Made by a program: the position numbers and the translations under genes
Origin: Bacillota bacterium
GTDB taxonomy: Bacteria > Bacillota > Clostridia > Christensenellales > Aristaeellaceae
Reading direction: 5' to 3'
DNA length: 64,000 nucleotides
Assembly (NCBI GenBank): GCA_023421395.1
Contig: JAEZTL010000021.1
Location: 42,266 to 106,265, forward strand
Notes under the pieces: generated by a model
What the model was told of the DNA's origin: nothing
What the model saw: the letters and a program-made list of their open reading frames with translations, nothing else
Database searches by the model: none
Shown here: positions 48,581 to 58,286 of the stretch, piece by piece
How positions within the stretch are numbered: the stretch's first letter is position 1
Layout of the letters: every line of letters begins with the position of its first letter

Positions 48581-51175
48581 ATGCGCTTGGCCATTTCGCC
48601 GATGATGCAGCAGTACCTGGAGATCAAGGAGGCGCACAAGGACGCCGTCCTCTTCTTCCGGCTGGGCGATTTCTACGAAATGTTCTTTGAGGATGCTGTC
48701 GAAATGTCCCGGGAGTTAGAACTGACGCTCACCGGACGGGACTGCGGCCTCTCCGAGCGCGCGCCGATGTGCGGTGTGCCCTATCACGCCGTGGACATGT
48801 ACATCGCGAAGCTGGTAGCCAAGGGGTACAAGGTGGCCATTTGCGAGCAGATGACCGATCCGGCGGATTCCAAGGGCCTGGTGGAGCGGGCGGTGACCCG
48901 CATCATAACCCCCGGTACGGTGATTGAGGCCGCGCTGCTGGACGAGCGATCCTCCAGCTACATCCTGTCAGTCGTACTGAAGAAGGACCGCGCCGGGATG
49001 GCGTTTTGCGATCTGTCCACCGGTGAATTTTACGCGCATGAATTCTCCGGCGCGGTCCAGTCTTTGTCCGACGAGCTTTCCAGGATCGACCCCCGCGAGG
49101 TGCTGACCGACGATCCGGACGCGCTGACGCGGCTGGGTGTGCCGGGCGGCGCTTCCGTTACGCGGCTGGACGAGGGCTATTTTGAATACGCGTCCGCCTC
49201 AAAGGCGATCTTTTCCCACTTTTCTGTGAAAAATGCCGCTGCGCTGGGCCTGGAGGGCATGCGCCTTTCCGTTGAAGCCGCAGGCGCGCTGATGCGTTAC
49301 CTTACCGAAACGCAAAAGAACGCGCTTTCCCACATTCTTGCCGTCAAGCGCTATGAGCGCGACCTGTGCATGCAGATCGACCGGGTGGCCGCCGCCAGCC
49401 TGGAGCTGACGCAAACCCTCCGGGGCCGCCGCGCCGGGTCGCTGCTCTGGCTGATGGATAAAGCCGAGACCGCCATGGGCAGCCGCGCGCTCAAGGGCTG
49501 GATCGAGCGGCCGCTGATCCGGAAAGCGGCCATCGACGAGCGGCTGGACGCGGTGGGGCAGCTGAAGGACAACGCCTTCGCTTCGGACGAACTCCGGGAG
49601 GCGCTGCGCGGCGCCTACGACATCGAGCGTCTGCTGTCCAAGATCGCCTATGATACGGTCAATGCCCGGGACTGCCTGGCGCTTTTCGCAACGCTGCGCC
49701 GGGTGCCGGAACTGAAACGCATTCTCTCCGGCTTCGACGCGAAGCTTTTGTCCGAGGTCAACGCGATGATGGACCCGATGGAGGACATCGCCGGGCTGCT
49801 GGAGCGAGCGATTTCGCCGGACGCGCCGCTCTCCGTCAAGGAGGGGGGCATCATCCGGGAGGGCTACAGCGAGGAGCTGGACCACCTGCGCCACGCCTCC
49901 GTCGAGGGCAAGACGTGGCTGGGCGATTTGGAGCGCCGGGAGCGCGAGGCCACCGGCATCAAAAATCTGAAGATCGGCTACAACCGGGTTTTTGGTTACT
50001 ACATCGAGGTCACGAAATCCTTTTACGACATGGTGCCCTACCGCTATGCCCGGAAGCAGACGCTGGCCAACTGCGAGCGATTTATCACCGAAGAATTGAA
50101 GGATCTGGAGCGCACGATCCTGGGCGCAGAGGAAAATGCCGTCCAGCTGGAGTACGTGCTGTTTACCGACATCCGCGCGCGCCTCGGCGGGGCGCTTCCA
50201 AGGCTTCAGCGAACTGCCCAAGGCGTCAAGCTGCTGGACGCCATGAACGCGCTGGCCCGCATCGCCCAGGAGAACGGTTACGTACGCCCCCGGATCAACG
50301 AGGAGCGGATTCTCGAGATCGTGGACGGGCGGCATCCGGTGGTGGAGCAGTCGCTGGGCCGCGACCGGTTCGTGCCCAACGACACCGCCCTGAATGATGA
50401 GGCCCGCATGATGATCATTACCGGCCCCAACATGGCGGGAAAATCCACCTACATGCGGCAGGTGGCGCTGATCGCGCTGATGGCGCACATGGGGTCCTTC
50501 GTGCCGGCCTCCAGCGCCGACATCCCCATCATCGACCGCATCTTCACCCGCGTCGGCGCGTCGGACGATCTGTACGCCGGGCAGTCCACCTTCATGGTGG
50601 AGATGACCGAGCTGGCCGCCATCCTGAAGCACGCCACGGCGGACAGTCTTCTGATTCTGGACGAGGTGGGGCGCGGCACAAGTACGTTTGACGGCCTCTC
50701 CATCGCCTGGGCGGTGGTGGAGCACATCGCGGAGAAGACCCGCGCCAAGACGCTCTTTGCCACCCATTACCACGAGCTCAGCGAATTGGAGGGGCGGCTC
50801 GACGGCGTGGTCAATTACCGAATCACGGCCAGGGAGCAGGGAGACCAGGTGATCTTCCTGCGCAAGATAATGCCCGGCGGCGCGGACCACAGCTTCGGCG
50901 TGGCGGTGGCGTCGCTGGCGGGGCTGCCTGCAACGGTGATCGCCCGGGCGCGGCAGATCATGGCGCGGCTCGAGGTCAGCGGCCAGGATCAGGGAACGAT
51001 CGGAAAGAGCATTCTCGACAAGCGAAGAAACGCCGGCAACCGGCAGGTGGGTCTTCAAGACTATCGCCCGATGGAGTTGATTGAGCAGCTGCGGGAGATT
51101 GACGTGATGGGCCTGACACCGGTGGAGTCGCTGAACCTTTTGTTCAAGCTGACCGAGCAGGCACGGAGGATATAG
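48581..51175 (+). CDS. mutS: DNA mismatch repair protein MutS
   Basis: SPMMQQYLEIKEAHKD..FFRLGDFYEMFFEDA and Walker A GPNMAGKST. 864 aa. Confidence 0.96.
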   Translation: MRLAISPMMQQYLEIKEAHKDAVLFFRLGDFYEMFFEDAVEMSRELELTLTGRDCGLSERAPMCGVPYHAVDMYIAKLVAKGYKVAICEQMTDPADSKGLVERAVTRIITPGTVIEAALLDERSSSYILSVVLKKDRAGMAFCDLSTGEFYAHEFSGAVQSLSDELSRIDPREVLTDDPDALTRLGVPGGASVTRLDEGYFEYASASKAIFSHFSVKNAAALGLEGMRLSVEAAGALMRYLTETQKNALSHILAVKRYERDLCMQIDRVAAASLELTQTLRGRRAGSLLWLMDKAETAMGSRALKGWIERPLIRKAAIDERLDAVGQLKDNAFASDELREALRGAYDIERLLSKIAYDTVNARDCLALFATLRRVPELKRILSGFDAKLLSEVNAMMDPMEDIAGLLERAISPDAPLSVKEGGIIREGYSEELDHLRHASVEGKTWLGDLERREREATGIKNLKIGYNRVFGYYIEVTKSFYDMVPYRYARKQTLANCERFITEELKDLERTILGAEENAVQLEYVLFTDIRARLGGALPRLQRTAQGVKLLDAMNALARIAQENGYVRPRINEERILEIVDGRHPVVEQSLGRDRFVPNDTALNDEARMMIITGPNMAGKSTYMRQVALIALMAHMGSFVPASSADIPIIDRIFTRVGASDDLYAGQSTFMVEMTELAAILKHATADSLLILDEVGRGTSTFDGLSIAWAVVEHIAEKTRAKTLFATHYHELSELEGRLDGVVNYRITAREQGDQVIFLRKIMPGGADHSFGVAVASLAGLPATVIARARQIMARLEVSGQDQGTIGKSILDKRRNAGNRQVGLQDYRPMELIEQLREIDVMGLTPVESLNLLFKLTEQARRI

Positions 51176-51176
51176 C

Positions 51177-53093
51177 ATGATCCGGATTCTGGACGCCGCG
51201 ACGGTGGGACGCATCGCCGCCGGAGAGGTGGTGGAGCGGCCCAGCTCCGTGGCGAAGGAACTGATTGAAAACTCGCTGGACGCGGGCGCGACGTCCGTCA
51301 CCGTGGAAATCCGGGACGGAGGCGAGCGTTACCTGCGCGTCACAGACAACGGCTGCGGCATTTCGCCGGGCGAGGTGCGCCTGGCCTTTGAGAACCACGC
51401 CACCAGCAAGCTTCGGGACGACGATGACCTGACCGACATCCGCACGCTGGGCTTTCGCGGCGAGGCGCTGCCCTCCATCGCGGCCGTGGCGAAGGTGGAG
51501 ATGACCACCCGCACGAAGCACGCTGATTCCGGCGTCCAGGCGAAAATCGAGGGCGGCCGCTTTCTCTCGCTGGATGAAGCCGGATGCCCCGAAGGCACCA
51601 CCATCGTCATCCGGGATCTGTTCTTCAACACCCCCGCGCGGCGCGGTTTCCTGAAAAAGCCCGCCTATGAAGCGGGCGTACTGGGGGAGATGGTGGAAAG
51701 ACTGGCGCTGGCCAACCCCGGCGTCGCGCTGCGGCTGATCTCAAACGGCCGTACGCTTTTGCATAGCTACGGTGATGACAGCATGCTGCATGCCGCGCTG
51801 GCCGTGTACGGGCGGGAGACGGCATCGCTTTTGAAGCCCGTCGACCTCGCGCTGGGAGGCGTGCGCATCTGGGGTCTGATCGGCGTGGGGGACGCGGCGC
51901 GGCCCAATCGGTCAGGACAGTCCTTTTTCATCAATGGGCGGGTGGTCCGCTGTCCGCTGCTCACGCAGGTGCTGGAAAACGCCTGCCGCGGCCGCGTGAC
52001 GATCGGCATGTTTCCGATGTGCGCGCTGCACCTGGATTTGCCGCCCGCAACCGTGGACGTCAATGTGCACCCCAGCAAACTGGAAATCCGCTTCCGCGAC
52101 GAGGCGGCAATCCGCGAGACGGCCGGCGCTCTGTTTGAGAAGTTCTTCGAAGGCGAACGCATGACGGATGTACTGCCTCCGCCAATCCCGGAGGAGCGGG
52201 CGAAAATTCACTATACACCGCCGGAGAAACTGGAGCAGACCGAAGTCCTTATTTCTCTTCCTGAAAAACAGACCGATGTTCCAAAAGGCGATTCGGGAGA
52301 CACCCAAGAAAAGACCGAAGTTCAAAATTCTTCCGTTCTAGTGTCCCCGACCGAAACGCCGCCCAGGCAGTCGCCCGGACGGGACGGCTCGATTTTGGCG
52401 GCGCTGAAGCCGATAATGCGCGAGCCCTCGGCGCTGAGCGGCGATAGATGGCTAGAGGAGGCAAAACCCGAGCAGGAAGTGCCCACGGTGGAGCCGCCCT
52501 TGGAAGCGCCTGCAAGGCCGCTCACCGAATACCGTCTCATCGGCGTGTTTAGGAACACGTATCTCCTGGTGGAGCAGGCGGACGCGCTCGTGATGATCGA
52601 CCAGCACGCTGCCCACGAGCGCATCCTGTATGAGAAGTTCAAGGGCATGCTGGACCAGGGTGCCGCTTCCCAGCAACTCCTGACGCCGGTGATCGTTCGC
52701 GTCAGCGCAAAGGAACGCGCGGTGCTCATGGACAACCTGGAGACGCTGAGTCAGGCGGGGTTCGAGGTGGAACCCTTTGGCGAGCGAGACGTGATGGTGC
52801 GCGCGGTGCCCTTTGTGCTCAGCCACGCGTCGCTGTCGCCGTTCTTTATGGAGATGATTGAGCAGCTCGACCGGCTGAAGGGCGCGACGCTGGACCGCCG
52901 CCGAGGCGAATTGATCCAACTCTCCTGCAAGCGGGCCGTCAAGGCGGGGGATAGGCTGACGGATGGCGAAATCCAGGCGCTGCTGCATGAGATGGCCTCG
53001 ACCAACGCGCCGCCCACCTGCCCTCACGGGCGGCCGGTCATGCGGGTGTTCCGGATGAGTGAAATCGAGCGCATGTTTAAGAGGATACAGTAA
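51177..53093 (+). CDS. mutL: DNA mismatch repair protein MutL
   Basis: IRILDAATVGRIAAGEVVERPSSVAKELIENSLDAG GHKL N-terminus. C-terminal endonuclease-type dimerisation domain (QHAAHERILYE). Confidence 0.95.
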   Translation: MIRILDAATVGRIAAGEVVERPSSVAKELIENSLDAGATSVTVEIRDGGERYLRVTDNGCGISPGEVRLAFENHATSKLRDDDDLTDIRTLGFRGEALPSIAAVAKVEMTTRTKHADSGVQAKIEGGRFLSLDEAGCPEGTTIVIRDLFFNTPARRGFLKKPAYEAGVLGEMVERLALANPGVALRLISNGRTLLHSYGDDSMLHAALAVYGRETASLLKPVDLALGGVRIWGLIGVGDAARPNRSGQSFFINGRVVRCPLLTQVLENACRGRVTIGMFPMCALHLDLPPATVDVNVHPSKLEIRFRDEAAIRETAGALFEKFFEGERMTDVLPPPIPEERAKIHYTPPEKLEQTEVLISLPEKQTDVPKGDSGDTQEKTEVQNSSVLVSPTETPPRQSPGRDGSILAALKPIMREPSALSGDRWLEEAKPEQEVPTVEPPLEAPARPLTEYRLIGVFRNTYLLVEQADALVMIDQHAAHERILYEKFKGMLDQGAASQQLLTPVIVRVSAKERAVLMDNLETLSQAGFEVEPFGERDVMVRAVPFVLSHASLSPFFMEMIEQLDRLKGATLDRRRGELIQLSCKRAVKAGDRLTDGEIQALLHEMASTNAPPTCPHGRPVMRVFRMSEIERMFKRIQ

Positions 53094-53117
53094 GGCCATA
53101 CGATAACAGGAGGAAAA

Positions 53118-54044
53118 ATGCGGGAACTGATCGTCATCTGCGGGCCCACCGCGTCGGGGAAGACGGCGGTGGCCGTAGAGTTGTGCCTGGCCGTAGGCGG
53201 CGAGGTGATCTCGGCGGACTCGATGCAGATTTACCGCGGCATGGACACCGGCACCGCAAAACCCACCGGCGAGGAAATGCGCGGCGTACCCCACCACATG
53301 CTGAGTTTCATGCCGCCGAACGAACCCTGCTCAGCCGCGCTCTACCGCGAAAAGGCGATCAGGGTGATTGAAGATGTTGCCTCACGGGGAAAAGTCCCCG
53401 TCGTCTGCGGCGGCACGGGGCTGTACATCGACGCACTCACGAGACCGCTGGGCTTTTCCGCCCAGAGCGACGAGGGCGTTCGCGGCCCGCTGGAGCAGAT
53501 CGCCGCGCAGCCCGGCGGAAAGGAGCGGCTCCACGCGATGCTGCGCGAGGCCGATCCGGAATCCGCCGCGCGGCTGCACGTCAACGATGTACGCCGCGTC
53601 ATTCGCGCGCTGGAAATTTTTCGGCTGACGGGGAAGACGCTCACCGAACAGCGCGCGCTGGACAGGACGCGGGAGGGCGCATACCGGGGGCGGCTCTTCA
53701 GCCTTTCCTGGCCGCGGGAGGCGCTCTACCGGCGCATCGACTGTCGTGTGGACCAGATGATGGCAGAAGGCCTTCCGGATGAGGTCTGCCGTCTGGTGGA
53801 GGAAGGCCTTTCCGTGCGCGCGACGGCCATGCAGGGAATCGGTTACAAGGAAATCGCGCGGGTGCTGGCTGGCGAGTGTTCGATGGACGAGGCGGTGGAA
53901 CGCATCAAGCAGGCCACTCGCAACTACGCCAAGCGGCAGCTCACGTGGTTCCGGCGGGATGAGCGCGTGGTCTGGATCGAGGCCGAGGGTCGGAGCGCCC
54001 TCGATATTTCCCGGGAAATATTGAAGCGAAAGGAACTGCCATGA
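53118..54044 (+). CDS. miaA: tRNA dimethylallyltransferase
   Basis: P-loop ICGPTASGKT, SADSMQIYRGMDTGTAKP and QLTWFR. Confidence 0.94.
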   Translation: MRELIVICGPTASGKTAVAVELCLAVGGEVISADSMQIYRGMDTGTAKPTGEEMRGVPHHMLSFMPPNEPCSAALYREKAIRVIEDVASRGKVPVVCGGTGLYIDALTRPLGFSAQSDEGVRGPLEQIAAQPGGKERLHAMLREADPESAARLHVNDVRRVIRALEIFRLTGKTLTEQRALDRTREGAYRGRLFSLSWPREALYRRIDCRVDQMMAEGLPDEVCRLVEEGLSVRATAMQGIGYKEIARVLAGECSMDEAVERIKQATRNYAKRQLTWFRRDERVVWIEAEGRSALDISREILKRKELP

Positions 54045-55273
54045 ACGTTTCGGAATTCATCGGCCGGTGTGACGCGGAATGCCGGCCCGCCTTCGAGCGG
54101 ATTGAGGCCGTCGAGCGGTTCAACACCCAAAAGGTGCTCTCTGCGTTCAACAAGTACGAGATTTCCCAGCGGCACTTCGCGCCGACCACGGGCTATGGCT
54201 ACGGCGACGTGGGCCGCGACGCGCTGGACTTGGTATTTGCAGAGGCTTTCGGGTGTGAGGCGGCGCTGGTCAGGCCGCAAATTGCGTCCGGAACCCATGC
54301 GCTGGCGTTGTGCCTGCAGGGTTTGCTCCGGCCGGGCGATACACTCCTGTGCGGTGCCGGCAAACCCTATGATACGCTTGAAGAGGTCATCGGCATCTCG
54401 GGCGGAAAGGGAAACGGATCGCTCCGGGATTTCGGCATCGGTTACCGTGAGGCGCCGCTGGCGGATGGACGGTTGGATCTGGCCGCGCTGGAGAGCGCTA
54501 TGGACGGGTCCGTGAAGCTCGTTCTTTTACAGCGCTCGCGGGGATATGACTGGCGGCCTTCGCTGACGCTGAAGGAGATTGCCGAGGCTGCCGCGCTGGT
54601 GCACCGGGTGAACCCGACCGCGCTGGTGATGGTGGATAACTGCTACGGGGAATTCACGGACACAAAAGAACCGACCGAAGTCGGTTCTGATCTGATCGCG
54701 GGATCGCTGATCAAAAATCCCGGCGGAGGACTTGCGCCCAGCGGCGGCTATGTGGCGGGAAAGCGAGAGGTTGTTGACCGGGTCGCGTACCGGCTGACCT
54801 GCCCGGGCATTGGCGCGGAGGTCGGCAGCTACGCCGCGGGGTATCAGCCCTTTTTTCAGGGGCTTTTCATGGCGCCTAGCACCGTCGCGCAGGCGGTCAA
54901 GACCGCGATTCTGGCGGCGCGCGTGTTTTCGGAGCTGGGGTATGACGTTCATCCCGCCTATGACGCGCCCCGAAGCGACATCATTCAGGCGATTCGCTTT
55001 GGCGTGCCGGACGCGCTGATCGCCTTCTGCCAGGCAATCCAGAAGGCTTCGCCCGTAGACAGCCAGGCGGTGCCGGAACCTTGGGATATGCCCGGTTATC
55101 AGGATCCGGTGATCATGGCGGCGGGAACTTTCGTGGCGGGCGCATCTATTGAACTGAGCGCCGACGCCCCGATCCGTCCGCCGTATATCGGGTATCTTCA
55201 GGGGGCGCTGACTTACGCCCACGGGCGTATCGCGGTGGAATGCGCCGTGCGCGCGCTTACGGATGGGCGATAA
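54041..55273 (+). CDS. Methionine gamma-lyase-family / YnbB-like PLP protein (function unclear)
   Basis: QKVLSAFNKYEISQRHFAPTTGYGYGDVGRD is the family N-terminus. Its ATG overlaps the miaA stop. Confidence 0.72.
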   Translation: MNVSEFIGRCDAECRPAFERIEAVERFNTQKVLSAFNKYEISQRHFAPTTGYGYGDVGRDALDLVFAEAFGCEAALVRPQIASGTHALALCLQGLLRPGDTLLCGAGKPYDTLEEVIGISGGKGNGSLRDFGIGYREAPLADGRLDLAALESAMDGSVKLVLLQRSRGYDWRPSLTLKEIAEAAALVHRVNPTALVMVDNCYGEFTDTKEPTEVGSDLIAGSLIKNPGGGLAPSGGYVAGKREVVDRVAYRLTCPGIGAEVGSYAAGYQPFFQGLFMAPSTVAQAVKTAILAARVFSELGYDVHPAYDAPRSDIIQAIRFGVPDALIAFCQAIQKASPVDSQAVPEPWDMPGYQDPVIMAAGTFVAGASIELSADAPIRPPYIGYLQGALTYAHGRIAVECAVRALTDGR

Positions 55274-55327
55274 AAAGCCCGCAGGCCATGCGAGGCACGC
55301 AGGCGGGGAAGGGCTTAACGGCGCCTG

Positions 55328-55930
55328 CTACAGCTTTCGAAACAACGCCGTGACCTTGCCGATCACCTGTACCTTGCGGGAGTAGATCGGGTCGTAGTAG
55401 GGGTTTTCAGGCTGCAACCGTACGCCGTCCTTTTCAAAGAAAATGCGCTTGACGGTGGCCTCGTCCTCGATCATCGCCACGACGATGTCGCCGTTGTCGG
55501 CATGGTTTTGCTTGCGAACGATGATGAAGTCGCCGCTCAGGATGCCCGCGCGGATCATACTCTCGCCGCGAACGCGGAGCGCGAACAATTCGTCGTCGGA
55601 ACCCACAAGATCCTGGGGAAGCACGATGTAGTCTTCGATGTTTTCCTCAGCGAGAATGGGGATGCCCGCCGTCACGCGGCCTACCAGCGGAACGCTGCGT
55701 CCTTTGGAGAGCGGATTTTCCAATACCTCCATTGCACGGGGTTTTGTGGAATCCCGGCGGATGAGTCCTCGCTTTTCCAACTGTTCCAAGTGACCGTGCA
55801 CGGTGGAGGTGGACTTCAGGTCAACCGCTTCGCAGATCTCGCGCACCGAAGGCGGATAGCCCTTGAGCTCAATTTCCTTTTTAATGAATTCCAGTATCCG
55901 CCGCTGACTGTTCTTGCCGCGCTCCTGCAT
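55328..55930 (-). CDS. lexA: SOS repressor LexA
   Basis: wHTH N-terminus [27 protein letters not shown]24 peptidase Ser (GESM) and Lys (VKR). I prefer ATG 55930 to the TTG at 55936. Confidence 0.94.
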   Translation of the reverse strand: MQERGKNSQRRILEFIKKEIELKGYPPSVREICEAVDLKSTSTVHGHLEQLEKRGLIRRDSTKPRAMEVLENPLSKGRSVPLVGRVTAGIPILAEENIEDYIVLPQDLVGSDDELFALRVRGESMIRAGILSGDFIIVRKQNHADNGDIVVAMIEDEATVKRIFFEKDGVRLQPENPYYDPIYSRKVQVIGKVTALFRKL

Positions 55931-55960
55931 GCCCAAGCCCCCCGATCCGAAGTCACGTTT

Positions 55961-55989
55961 ATTATATCACACGCCGCGACAATAATCAA
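55961..55989 (-). promoter_or_regulatory. Sigma-70 type promoter of lexA
   Basis: Minus strand reads TTGATT - 17 nt - TATAAT with an extended -10 TG (TGATATAAT). Confidence 0.65.
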
Positions 55990-56000
55990 ACATTTGTTCG
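55987..56000. promoter_or_regulatory. LexA (Cheo/SOS) box
   Basis: CAAACATTTGTTCG versus the Firmicute consensus CGAACnnnnGTTCG (one mismatch). It overlaps the lexA -35 by 3 nt, which fits autoregulation. Confidence 0.7.
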
Positions 56001-56016
56001 GAAGATTTCGCTAATC

Positions 56017-56045
56017 TTGAATTTCTCCGGAAAGAAGTGTATACT
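56017..56045 (+). promoter_or_regulatory. Sigma-70 type promoter of the small Cys-rich ORF
   Basis: TTGAAT - 17 nt - TATACT, 37 nt upstream of ATG 56082. Confidence 0.55.
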
Positions 56046-56081
56046 GATAGCAAGCCTGTGAGCGCACAGGGGGAGGTTTTC

Positions 56082-56342
56082 ATGGAAAAACGGTGCATTC
56101 TGGACGAGGAGAGGCTTTGCGTCGACTGCGGCGAATGCCTGATGTGTGACCTTGATCCCAACAAGCATTGCGACAACTGCATGCGCTGTGTCAAAAAAAC
56201 AAATGCGGACTATCTGGCCATAGAGATTGACGAAGTGTTTAGCGGCACGGAACCTGACGGTGAGGAAACGCCGCCGGCGCGGCTGGCAGAAAGCGAAAAA
56301 GAATCCCGGCCACGGGCTGTGCGGGCCAGAAGGTGCAGGTGA
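56082..56342 (+). CDS. Small (86 aa) 8-Cys protein of unknown function, divergent from lexA
   Basis: MEKRCILDEERLCVDCGECLMCDLDPNKHCDNCMRCVKK..., with pattern C-x7-CxxCxxCxxC-x7-CxxCxxC, followed by an acidic linker and a basic tail. GGGGGAGG SD 6 nt upstream. I do not recognise a family. Confidence 0.5.
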   Translation: MEKRCILDEERLCVDCGECLMCDLDPNKHCDNCMRCVKKTNADYLAIEIDEVFSGTEPDGEETPPARLAESEKESRPRAVRARRCR

Positions 56343-56543
56343 GCGATGCCGGGAGACTTGGGGAAGTCTCGCTAAACTATTCGCGAAAGACAGCTTTTAC
56401 GAATAAATATACCCCGATTCTATTGCTCAGCCCTGCGCATGCCATGCGTCGCCGCACAACTGCTTCGGCGCGCGGCGCCTTTCATTCGCAGCCTGCGCAA
56501 CTGTTTTTCTGCTCACACACAGCACAAGCTTCAAGGAGCGATC

Positions 56544-57629
56544 ATGGCAAAACAGCCGACCTATGCCGAGGCAAATGCCCGGCGCTTGACGGAGTTATTG
56601 CGCGAAACGCTCGCGGAACTCGCACCGGCGTGCCGCGAATTCATCCGCGCCATCGAACCGACCACCACGCCGATGACCCGCCTTGCCTATGCCCGGGATC
56701 TGAGGCTTTTTTTCAAGTTTTTACGAGACGAGCAAGAACCGTTTGGCGGCCTTGCTCCGGCTGATTGGACTTATGAACAGCTCGGTCGGATCAAAGCGAT
56801 CGATATCGACGCGTTTCTCGATTACCTCACCCTGTATTTTAACGAAAACGACACGGAATATTCAAATAAAGAGCTGGGCAAACAGCGCAAGCTGTCCACA
56901 CTCCGGAGTTTTTTTAAGTTTCTGTTCAAACGCGGACGGATTTCATCCGATGTGAGCGCGCTGGTAGACATGCCCAAACGCCATGAAAAGCCGATTTTAC
57001 GCCTTGAGATCGACGAAGTCGCCAGAATTCTGGACCTGGCGGAGTCCGGCGCGGCGCTCTCCGAACGGCAGAAGAAGTTTCATGAGCACACGAGCCTTCG
57101 GGATTTGACAATTTTGACGCTCTTTCTCGGCACGGGCATCCGGGTCAGCGAGTGCGTAGGGCTGGACATAGAGGATATTGACTTTGCCATCAACGGCTTT
57201 ATGGTCACCAGAAAAGGCGGAAATCAGGCGATTTTGTACTTCCCGGACGAGGTGGCGGACGTTCTGAAGCGCTACTTGGAAGAGCGCGAGGGCAAAACCC
57301 CGCTTCCAGGGCACGAGCGGGCGCTTTTTCTGTCGCTGCAGGACCGGCGCATCACCACAAGGGCTGTGCAGAACATGGTTAAAAAGTACGCGCTGCAGGC
57401 TGCTCCCTTGAAAAAACGGATGAGCCCTCACAAGCTCAGATCCACCTTCGGCACCAACCTGTACCGGGAAACCGGCGACATATACCTTGTGGCGGACGTA
57501 TTGGGCCATTCGGACGTCAACACCACCCGCCGACACTATGCCGCAATGAGCGACGAGCGCCGCAGGCTGGCCGCGAAGTCCGTGATATTGCGGGAAGATA
57601 AAAAGCCGGAAGATTCTCGGGAAGAATAG
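56544..57629 (+). CDS. Tyrosine site-specific recombinase (Xer-like)
   Basis: Catalytic residues in the usual order: GIRVSE (Arg), HKLRST (His-x-x-Arg), LGHSDVNTT (His) and RRHY (Tyr). SAM-like N-terminal core-binding domain. Start is ATG 56544 after AAGGAG. Confidence 0.85.
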   Translation: MAKQPTYAEANARRLTELLRETLAELAPACREFIRAIEPTTTPMTRLAYARDLRLFFKFLRDEQEPFGGLAPADWTYEQLGRIKAIDIDAFLDYLTLYFNENDTEYSNKELGKQRKLSTLRSFFKFLFKRGRISSDVSALVDMPKRHEKPILRLEIDEVARILDLAESGAALSERQKKFHEHTSLRDLTILTLFLGTGIRVSECVGLDIEDIDFAINGFMVTRKGGNQAILYFPDEVADVLKRYLEEREGKTPLPGHERALFLSLQDRRITTRAVQNMVKKYALQAAPLKKRMSPHKLRSTFGTNLYRETGDIYLVADVLGHSDVNTTRRHYAAMSDERRRLAAKSVILREDKKPEDSREE

Positions 57630-57797
57630 TCAGCCCTAATACCAATCCAAAACTCTTGCATCGTTGCGGCGGTCCTTTCCGCGCAGGGCGGTGTCACTCT
57701 CCGCGCAACGCAGTGCTGCTGCGCTTCGCTCCGGCTCCTTGCCCTGCTATCTGCAAATCCTTGCCGCTTTGGATGCAATAATATTTCGTATTGGTAT

Positions 57798-57845
57798 AAA
57801 GCATAATCAAAAAGCCCGCGTACGCGGGCTTTTTGATTATGCTTT
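57798..57845. terminator. Bidirectional terminator; 23-bp perfect inverted repeat
   Basis: AAAGCATAATCAAAAAGCCCGCG-TA-CGCGGGCTTTTTGATTATGCTTT. The core is GCCCGCG/CGCGGGC with flanking A and T tracts. The rnhA stop (57837..57839) lies inside the right arm. Confidence 0.8.
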
Positions 57846-58286
57846 TTGTTCCCGGCTCTGCCGGATGGCCCCGGTGGCCAGCTTATCGCAGAGATTGTTC
57901 TCCTCGTTGTCCGCGTGCCCCCGGACGAGATGCCAATGGACGGTGTGCTTATCAGTCAATTCGATCAGCCTTTTCCAGAGGTCCTGGTTTTCCACCGGTT
58001 TCTTGTCAGCCTTCAGCCAGCCCCGTCTTTGCCAGTTGACAACCCAGTTTTTGAGAAATCCGTGGGCCATGTAAGCGCTGTCGGTGTAGATATCCACATC
58101 GCAAGGCTCCTTGAGCGCGGAAAGGCCCTCGATGGCGGCAGTCAGCTCCATGCGGTTGTTGGTGGTGTCCGGGTCGAACCCCGACACTTCACGGCGGTGC
58201 TCCCGGAAAATCAGCACATACCCCCAGCCGCCGGGGCCGGGATTGCCGGAGCAGGCTCCGTCGGTGTACAGAATGACCCGCTTCAC
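57837..58286 (-). CDS. rnhA: Ribonuclease HI
   Basis: VKRVILYTDGACSGNPGPGGWGY..TTNNRMELTA..IYTDSAY..GHADNEENNLCDKLA, the DEDD catalytic pattern. The GTG start at 58286 overlaps the proC stop (GTGA). The ORF-track 353-aa version is an out-of-frame read through proC. Confidence 0.85.
   Translation of the reverse strand: MKRVILYTDGACSGNPGPGGWGYVLIFREHRREVSGFDPDTTNNRMELTAAIEGLSALKEPCDVDIYTDSAYMAHGFLKNWVVNWQRRGWLKADKKPVENQDLWKRLIELTDKHTVHWHLVRGHADNEENNLCDKLATGAIRQSREQKA

Noticed and set aside
56544-57629. Tyrosine recombinase as a marker of a prophage, ICE or other mobile element.
   Set aside because: It is flanked on both sides by core genes with host composition. There are no direct repeats, tRNA target or phage/conjugation genes. 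It is treated as a chromosomal Xer-like gene.
57630-57845. dif-like Xer recombination site next to the tyrosine recombinase, as with XerS/difSL.
   Set aside because: No 28 to 31 bp element has two inverted 11-bp arms around a 6-bp AT-rich core. The only ATTATG-containing stretch is part of the terminator's inverted repeat.
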